From contig OZ024744.1 of the NCBI GenBank assembly GCA_964016885.1, positions 88,350,001 through 88,414,000 on the forward strand: a stretch of DNA of 64,000 bases. Reading direction: 5' to 3'. This stretch comes from Eledone cirrhosa (lineage: Eukaryota). The translations under genes were made by a program, and so were the position numbers. The first letter of the stretch is position 1, and each line of letters starts with the position of its first letter. The notes beneath the pieces were generated by a model. That model saw nothing but the letters and a program-made list of their open reading frames with translations. It searched no databases and was not told the origin of the DNA. This document shows positions 55,406 through 64,000 of the stretch, one piece after another.

Positions 55406-55695
55406 AAAATAAAATAAAAAAAAAGAGAAATATATATATATATATACATATACATACACATACATATACACACACACACACTCACACACACATATACACA
55501 CACACATACATTAATAACAATAATAATAATAATAATAATAACAACAATAATAATAACGACAACAACAATAATAATATACACATACACACATATATATACA
55601 CACACACGCACACACATAAGCATATCTACACACACACACACACGATAACAAACAGTTTCAAAATAAATTTTAAAAAATTGACTTTACCGAAAAGA

Positions 55696-55778
55696 ACCTT
55701 CTGACGAGAATCTTTCTTTGCAACGAAGGCCGTATGGTCTCCGTTTATTTTTGGGATTCGAAACCGATCGGTAAAGGT
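55696..55778 (+). ncRNA. Type I hammerhead ribozyme flanked by ~35-bp inverted repeats
   Basis: acctt-CTGACGA-gaatct...ggattc-GAAA-ccg at cgg-TA^aaggt; inverted repeats at 55654-55688 and 55789-55823. Confidence 0.8.
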
Positions 55779-55961
55779 AACTATAGTAGGTAAAGTCAAT
55801 TTTTTAAAATTTATTTTGAAACTTTTTCATTATTTGCTAAACCTTGTTTATATATATATATATATATATATATATCTATATATATATATATATATATACT
55901 TACAACGCGCTTTAAATTATTAGCCGGACTATAAAGCCACGCCCGATCTTTGCACAGATAA

Positions 55962-56082
55962 TAATAATAATTGTTTCTAATGTTGACACAAGGTCAGCAA
56001 TTATACCGTGCATTACTCGTGCTTTATTTTATCGACCATGTAAGGATGAAAGGCAAAGTTAACCCTGGCGGGATATGAACTC
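55962..56082 (-). mobile_element. SINE family A 3' part
   Basis: AATAATTGTTTCTA...TTTTATCGACC..TAAGGATGAAAGGCAAAGTTAACC..GGCGGGATATGAACTC. Confidence 0.78.
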
Positions 56083-56870
56083 CACCACTTCATCTGAGAA
56101 AGCCTCTGCCTCACACGTGGTTTCACATCCTTGAGTTCCTTATGCAACATATTCTTCTCCTGTGGTTTTGCTGACAACGACGTAGTCCAGAAGATGCCAT
56201 TCCTTAGATGCAGGATGTATCCATGTGGTCTTAAATTTGTTCATTTGCTGGAACATGGTGTTGGTAACACACAGATCCAGCTCATCACACATCTAAAGCA
56301 GGAGCATACCATTGCTGTTACACTTTCCCAACCCTTCATTTCCGATTACATTCCATGTGTTAAAATCCCTACCAACTGTAACATTAAAGTCACCTAGCAC
56401 GATAACCTTGTCTGCCTGAGGGATATTTCTTAAAACACCTTTCAAGGCATGGTAAAAGGACACTTTTTCTTCATCAACGGAATTCATAGTTGGAGCATAC
56501 ATACGCCCCATGGTCGCATATATTCCTTTGCCCAGCGGAATTCTCATGGACATAAGACGCTCACTAATCCCCACTAGGAAGTCTTCTAATTTATCCACAT
56601 GAACAGTCTTAACAACAAATGCTAACCCAGCCTCTCTTCTGGTTCCATCATCTCTTCCTTTCCAGAAAAATGTATATTTTCCTCAAAATTCTGTAAGATG
56701 ACCATCTCCAGCTAACCTCGTCTCGGATAAAGCCACGATGTCAAGATCGTAACGTCGAAGCTCCTTTGCAACAAGAGCGGTCCTTCGTTCAGGACGTTCC
56801 AAGGAATCCCTGTCAAGCAGCGTCCGTACGTTCCAGCATCCAACATTATATGCTTTGTTTGGTTCTATTA
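56083..56870 (-). pseudogene. RTE(BovB-like) LINE APE endonuclease domain
   Basis: VGCWNVRTLLD..RPERRTALVAKELRRYDLDIVALSETRL, YTFFWKG, ERLMSMRIPL, YAPT, VLGDFN, NSNGMLLL, TWIHPASKEWHLLDYVVV; in-frame stops present. Confidence 0.9.
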
Positions 56871-57219
56871 CAGTGGCACGATGACGACCGGGCCCATGCT
56901 GTGATACCCTGGGGCCCCTGCGCTTATTTCCAATTATCCCTTTTGTTCCAGAGCCCTTATTGCCAATTATCTCTTTTATATTGTTTTGGAACATCATTGA
57001 ATTGATTGCTTTTAGGGCTACAGCCAACAATTCAGTAGAAGAAGAAGAAGAAGAAGAAGAAGAAGAAGAAGAAGAAGAAGAAGAAGAAGAAGAAGAAGAA
57101 GAAGAAGAAGAAGAAGAAGAAGAAGAAGAAGGTCTACACTCTCTCCCCACCACCACACTTACATTCACACAAGTCAATCCCTAACCTATCTCTAGACATA
57201 CATACATACATACATACAA

Positions 57220-57560
57220 GGCTGGTGAAGGACTATCAACTTACCCCAACATCCAGCAATAAGAGACTCAAGATTCTTCTTGTCCCACTCTCAAGACACA
57301 GTTTCACTTTCATTTCCGCCTATACACCTACTCTCGACCGATGAAGTCGTTAAAAACACATTTTACCTGCAGCTGAAGTTCTCTTTAAAGTACCGCATAA
57401 AGACAAGTTCATTTTGCTTGGTGATTCCAATACCAAAATAAGAAAGAACTATCTTCTTGTTGGATAATGTCATGGAAAACAAGGCACTATAAAATGCAAT
57501 GTAAATGGTAACAGAGCAATGTAAACTCATTAACAACACTCATCCTGAAAATGTGCGAAA
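57220..57560 (+). pseudogene. Highly degraded RTE APE fragment
   Basis: ISAYTPTL, KNTFYLQL, DKFILLGDSNTKI across frameshifts. Confidence 0.55.
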
Positions 57561-57778
57561 CCCAAATAGTGCCTGCAAATCTAAAGAATGCTATTAAATG
57601 TTAAAGTCTTTAAGAAGAGAGGTCGCAGCATTTGCGGAAACTAAAGTAGTATATCTCTTCTCTTCATCATAGGAAAAATCTTTGCTAGTATGCTGCTCAA
57701 CTGTCTTTGAATCATTCCACGGAAATCTCAGTATGTGTTTTGAGGTACCTGAAAAACAATTGAATCCACACACACACA

Positions 57779-57922
<144 letters not shown>

Positions 57923-58669
57923 ACAAAGGAAACGTGGTAAGGAACCAGATGGACCATAACGCACCAGAGTACTCAATACTTAGGGTATATATATATGAGT
58001 GTGTGTGTGTGTGCGTGTATGTGTATGTGTGTGTATGTATGTACATATACATATATATATATATATATATATACATGCACATATGCCACTCACGAACACT
58101 CACAAAACATCGATAAACTTGACCCTATTGATAAAATACAATTTACGCAAAAATTCCACGTAGTTAAACTGAACCCGAAACCATATATGTAAGAAGTGAA
58201 TTCTTTAACCACATATACATTCCTGCGCTTATCAAGAGTTTTCACATTTTTATTTTCTCTGTAGTAGAGCCGAATGTTTCCTTTAATTGCTTTACAATAT
58301 GCCCATTTGACAGGATGTAGCTTTCACTTGCAAGTTGTTGTCCAAGGAAGGAGTGGTAATCATTGCATTTCTGTTATTAGAGTTTACTTTTAATAAGTTG
58401 TGGAATTTAAATGAGTTATATAATAAAAGAAAAACACCATTTATTTAATTAGAAGTTATTTAATTAGAAGATGTAATACACGGTGCGATTAACGATTGTT
58501 TTACTAACAATTATCTCACTTAACAGAATGGGGACGAAAAAAGATATTGAATATAGGCTTTGCAAAGACTCAAACTACACATCGTTTGTATGCCAGACAA
58601 GTGTGATAAAGATTACGTTAGGTGATCTCTGGTAACTAACTGCCGTCTTTTAGGAGATTGTAATCCTGT

Positions 58670-58828
58670 AGGTCAGCAAATTGGCAGAGTCGTTAGAACG
58701 TCAGATAGAATGCTTTATCGTATTCTTCCCGGCTCTCTGCTCTCTCAATTCAAATCCCGCTGAAGTCAACTTTGCCTTTCATCATTTCGAGGTCGATAAA
58801 AAAAGGTACCTGTTAAATACTAGGAATC
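58670..58828 (+). mobile_element. Diverged SINE family A-related copy
   Basis: TTGGCAGAGTCGTTAGAACGTCAG...TTCAAATCCCGCTGAAGTCAACTTTGCCTTTCATC..GAGGTCGATAAA. Confidence 0.75.
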
Positions 58829-59529
58829 GATTTTTTCTCTATATATCTTTCTCATTTCCTCTCTCTTAACTTTCTATCTTTCTCTGGAAGAAATTAGCTG
58901 TACTCAGACTTGGAGAGGGATGGGTTCTGCCAGGTTTAGAATACCCGAGAAACACCGTATGTCAATACGGCATCTCTACGATTTTACCAGGTGTTACGGA
59001 ACTATACATACAAGCCGATCGGTAGTAATGTGAGTATTCAGTTGACTTAAGAAATATTGTGTGAATTTTAAATTTTAAAAGTAGTTGTTCTAACGTAAAC
59101 GACTACAACAGTAGTGGATCACTATAAATAACAGTGCTGGAAAATCGGATAAAAAATCCCTGGAGACTGCATCAGAGAGATCCCTGATTTGATTCCCTCG
59201 TAAGTGTCTTTGACCACATTTTTCCGTCTCCGGGGTCGCATAACCTTTTTTTCTCAATTATTTATAGTGATCCATTATTCTTATGGTTATTTACGTTCGG
59301 ACTACTATGTTTCATAAGAACGTATATACGAGGGTTGGCTATGAAGGAGTTATGCTAAAGCTGTGAAATCTTGAATACATTAATTTCAACTCTTCTTATT
59401 TATAACTATTGAGTTTCTTTCCGTGTAAAATAAACCTCATTTGGTCATTCCATAAGAGTGTCTTGGTCACCCTATGAACTTTTCAGTCGACATTCGTGTG
59501 TATGTATATACAGTAGATATACATTAATG

Positions 59530-59955
59530 TAAGGGCGGAAGAACTCATAAGAGTCAACGGCCATCCGAAAGTGTGTAAATATGTATATAGACATTTAAAC
59601 CACTGGGAGTGAAGGAGCCCTAGCCTTGTCAGGGCATTCTTCTAGGTGTAGGCAACTCAGGAAACTGGGATAACTCCGATATAAAACCTGCGGCTCAGTA
59701 GTTACCGATGATGTTGATCTTTCCTTCTTTTCAGGTTATAGCTACTGTCGCTCAGAGAGTGGGATTGGCTCAGTGCACAGTCTTTCCTCGCTTTAATTGC
59801 ATGATAGAATTAATTAGTAATTATTAATAATGGTATATCGTGCAATGGCCATACTCGATAACGAGGGGGCAACCATCATGTATGTATGTATGTATGTATG
59901 TATGTATGTATGTATGTATGTATGTATGTATGTATGTATGTATGTATGTACGTAT
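59530..59955 (+). mobile_element. RTE-derived element with (GTAT)n tail
   Basis: AAGGGCGGAAGAACTC..GAGTCAACGGCCATCC shared with the 4480 and 55060 copies; 3' end at 59844-59880. Confidence 0.6.
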
Positions 59956-60034
59956 GTTTCTCTTTCTCTTAATTTCGAGTACATTTTTGACCGGCCACCT
60001 TCCTGGTGGCAAGGTTGTAAAAGAAAAGATTTCG

Positions 60035-60268
60035 TCATCCCTTGAATCGGAACAGTGTTTTGCAAATTTTGAAGGTGCCAGCTATTTGTAGACTATGAAT
60101 TAGGGAGCTGCGCTCTTTGTCCACAAATGCAAGTTTACTTATACTTTGGTCCAAGCGGGTTGGTATATAACCTGTATCTCCAATAACGATGGATATGAAG
60201 CTGCAGGTGTATCTTGGATACTGGATCTGCAAACTCCTGATTAATGGTCCGTAGATATCCTCCTTCTC
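60035..60268 (-). pseudogene. RLE-type LINE C-terminal fragment (clade uncertain)
   Basis: EKEDIYGPL..LQIQYP..FISIVIGDTGYI resembles the K...Y and IVIG..G motifs of RLE LINEs. Confidence 0.5.
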
Positions 60269-62078
60269 ATATGTATATATGTACATATGTATGTATGTAT
60301 TCATATCTATCTATCTAAGTACTGTTAATCTTGAACTGAACGTAAATATGTGTGTGTTTGCGTGCATGCGTGTGTGTGTGAGGGTACATACAGACGCACG
60401 CACGCACACGGGGTAGCCACGGTAAGATACTCAATAGATTAGTAGAGTGTATACAGCAAAATTTAATATAGAAATGGCTTCTACAGGACTAGAACTGTTC
60501 TATTTGAAGGAAATTATCAGGAAGGGTTTGTCTTCATTTCACTTAGTCTTCCTCTCACTATTTCTCCCAGACATATACACACTCTTTCTCTCAATATTTC
60601 ACCCAGCCGCACTTTCTTTTTTTATTTGTCCCTTTTTCTTATGTGCACGCATATACATAAATATTTCCCCTGTTACAGTTTATATCACTTTTGTTTTTAT
60701 TTATACGTTACTTTTCTCTTCATTCATAATCTCTATATTATTCTTTTAATCTGTCGCTATTTCGCAATCAATGTACATACCTTCAAATAATCACTACATT
60801 AATGCTTTTCTAAACACCTTTTCATTCACTTTTCCATTATTTATCCATTTTGATTTTTTTTTTTTCTGCTACTTCAATGGCTCATCCAGCGCATCTCCCT
60901 TACCATCCTCCGGGGAAACCCGTTTCTCCATCCTGTCCGCCGGGGCTGCGGGGCGGCCTCAAAGTGAGACCCCATTTGCTCACTATACAGAGAGATGGTG
61001 GAAGGCGAGAGAGATGGAGGCGATAACGGTGGGAGTTCGGCTCTTCCGTGTTCGTACACATTGCACCCGGCAAGAGTGTATTTTCATAGTTGTGACGAAC
61101 ATTTTTTAATGGTTTTTAACATGTTAATTTTACATCATTCCTCTTTCTCCAAACTTTCTACGAACACCAATACTTTTTTTTCTTTTTATTTGGTAGGTTT
61201 GGAGGAAGTAACAGTGCCCGTAGCCTTCACATGCGCATCCTTGACCGGAGAGGTTGATGTTCTGTTTAAATCGTTGCAGGTTCACTCCTTCTGGAAAAAC
61301 ATAAAACATGAGCAGTGAAGAAATATCAAAGGGCTATTGTACTGGATAGGAAAGACTGGATACAGCGGTTAATGCAGATCAGGAGGGTGAGTTAGACACA
61401 ACATGGTTGATGCTCTATTTAAACTGTTATAGGGCCATTCCCTTCGGAGGGAGTTGTGTAAACAGAAGGATCGATATCTCATTCGCGTGATTATAGACAA
61501 AGGAAGAATTTAGTCACATTGGTTAGTGTCCTGCATGGGATGCTTTGGACACAACATGAGTGATACGAGGAAGGGGGGACAACTGATTCGATGGTGCCTA
61601 GAATAGAATTAGCATGTGACCAACAAGATCTAAGTAGCAAAGACAGTGTCAGAGGAAAGTGTCAGCACATCTGTGGTCTGAAGAAATGTCAATTTTGAAT
61701 ACATGAATATTAGACTTCTTACGTATATAAAATTGCTAGCTCTACAATCAAATCTGATTCGCTAAATCACAGTCCAATAAGATACAGACTCTGAACTGCT
61801 CAGTAAGGTGACTTAGTAGATAACCCTCGTATCAATTTGACTCCACCCAAAGAATTTAATCAAAGAGGATAACAACGTTTCTTGCTTCTTTATATCCAAA
61901 TTATTCTATGGTTTTCTTTAGAATTCTTCACTCTTGTTACACATTCATCATCTCTGAAAAACTCAAATGTTCAGATGTGTGTTTTATGTATGTGTGTTTA
62001 TGTTTGTGTCTGTATGTGTGCTTGTGTCTGTGCCTCTGTGTGAGAGAGAGAAAGAGTCTATGTGTGCCTGTGTGTGTG

Positions 62079-62137
<59 letters not shown>

Positions 62138-62507
62138 CTGTCTCTTTCTTTCTCTTTCTCCAAGAATTCACCACACTCTTCAGGGTAGTATAATTATTTA
62201 AGTCTAAGAGAAATGGAAAAATATATAATACATACTGGTTCCTAGAGGGGGTTATTTTTTGATTTTTTAGAGAGTGTGTGTGTGGGGGGGGGGGGGGGGG
62301 GGGGGGGGGGGGTGTCTGATTTAATGTAAATATCAAATATAAAAATTAACATTTGAAATATAGGATTAAAGTTGAGGTTTATCCTTTTAAGATTTACGCT
62401 GATATAAAACCTTGACAGGTAATTGTAAAGAGTTTATATTAATGAAATATTAGGACTGAACAAATCTTTGAAGTAGTTGCCATAACGCAGTGTTTGATAT
62501 TCTTTTA

Positions 62508-63326
62508 ATAATAATTGTTTCTACTTTTGGCACAAGGCCAGGAATTACCCCAGTGCATTACTGGTACTTTATTTTATCGGCCTCCGTAACGATGAAACGC
62601 AAAGTTAACCTCGGCGGGATTTTAACTCAGACCGTAAAGGGCCGTACTTCCATGCTGCAAAGCATGGCGCCCTATTCTCTTAATAATAATAAAGCATTTG
62701 TAATGGCTATTTTTAATAATTTATAAGTTTTTTAACCATCATTTGCCATATAAGCGCATATAGCATTTCATACAAAACATACTGCACATAATTTAGACTT
62801 AAAAGAATGCAAAATCAGCGTTACTGATGTCCTTGGCTCTAGGACCACCTCCATGCTAACCATCATGGGCACAGAGTGGCTACCCCCACAAGGTGTGAGC
62901 CTCGCGAGCTGGAATGGCTCTTCAGTGCGTCTCCCTCAGCATCCACCGGAGCCCACTTATAATAGTGAGAGATATGGGAAAGCGGACGAGCGGGAGAGTG
63001 GGAGAGACGGAAAGCAACTACCACAAGAGAAGTCGACTGAACGTTAAAGTAAATCACTGCTACTTGTATACAATTGACCCCCCAGAACGAGGACGGTCAG
63101 ATTCGAAGATGGTGGAATTTCACATCAAAACTTAAGAGCCGTAACTAATAATTGTTTCTACGTTTGGGCCAGCAATTACCCAGTGCATTACTGGTACTTT
63201 ATTTTATCGACCTCGTAAGGATGAAAGGCAAAGTTAACCTCGGTGGGATTTGAACTCAGAATGGCAAGGGCCGTAACTCTATGCGTCAAAGCATGGCGTG
63301 CGACCCTCTACCGATACTGCCAATCC
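62508..63326 (-). mobile_element. Two SINE family A copies (62508-62670; 63146-63326)
   Basis: Reverse consensus. The second is flanked by a direct repeat AGAGCCGTAACTAATAAT (63134 and 63327), consistent with a TSD. Confidence 0.85.
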
Positions 63327-63467
63327 AGAGCCGTAACTAATAATGTATTTATTATAAATGAATGTATGAATACTGACTCAATGTTCTTCTTGCTACTGTT
63401 TACTGTGAACAATCTCAAGACGAAACTTGAGTGAGTAATCAACATATTTAACGATTGTATTATGTGT

Positions 63468-63511
<44 letters not shown>

Positions 63512-63512
63512 C

Positions 63513-63577
<65 letters not shown>

Positions 63578-63746
63578 ATTTCCATGTATGTTAGTGGATG
63601 TATATATGCATAAGTATACATATTTATTATATGAATGTATATGAGACTATGTATATATGAGACTATGTATATATATAATATATATATATAATATTATAAT
63701 GAAATGACAGGAGGCTGGACTTGTGTAAATCCTTGAAAGGTTTATT

Positions 63747-63804
63747 ATACTATGATCATTTCAATGACCGGGTTCCATATGAATCCGGTGATATCATCAG
63801 GTAT
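63747..63804 (-). ncRNA. Type I hammerhead ribozyme
   Basis: atac-CTGATGA-t atcaccgg...ccggtcat t-GAAA-tgatca-TA^gtat; palindromic stem III ATGATCAT. Confidence 0.72.
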
Positions 63805-63819
63805 TCGAAATATAATACG

Positions 63820-63994
63820 TGAATGTAATAGATAAAATCCATGGGGCTGAAAAGCAAAGACCCGAGGGCGACCGCCATCCAGCATCTTCCACCTTCGCCA
63901 CTTGAGGGCGACCGGCAAAGGTAGAAGATGGTGGATGGCGGTCGCCCTCGGGTCTTTGACTTTCAGCTCCATCGATTTTATCTATTACATTCAA
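63820..63994. repeat. ~175-bp GC-rich foldback adjacent to the hammerhead
   Basis: AATGTAATAGATAAAATC..AAAGACCCGAGGGCGACCGCCATCCA versus TGGATGGCGGTCGCCCTCGGGTCTTT..GATTTTATCTATTACATT; deleted version at 36951-37106. Confidence 0.85.
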
Positions 63995-64000
63995 TTATTA

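Overview
AT-rich, microsatellite-dense eukaryotic non-coding DNA, most likely a coleoid cephalopod (octopus-like; inferred from the SINE families, the Dong/R4 LINE and the (TA)n/(CA)n density). I found no supportable host protein-coding exon. Almost every real ORF is retrotransposon-derived: a head-to-tail cluster of Tx1/L1-clade LINEs at 8.9-23 kb with a young Dong/R4 element nested in an (ATT)n tract, three Penelope-like (GIY-YIG) fragments, and RTE, CRE and other RLE-LINE fragments. Non-coding repeats include many tRNA-derived SINEs, hAT MITEs and Helitron-like elements. The most notable signal is non-coding: more than a dozen type I hammerhead ribozyme motifs, intact or degraded, from about ten sequence families, read by eye. 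They include a 546-nt hammerhead-to-hammerhead tandem unit resembling a retrozyme (35.7-36.8 kb), a U3-A8 core variant, a CAGANGA variant, and several hammerheads enclosed by inverted repeats. All folds and family names are manual calls; no searches or folding programs were run.
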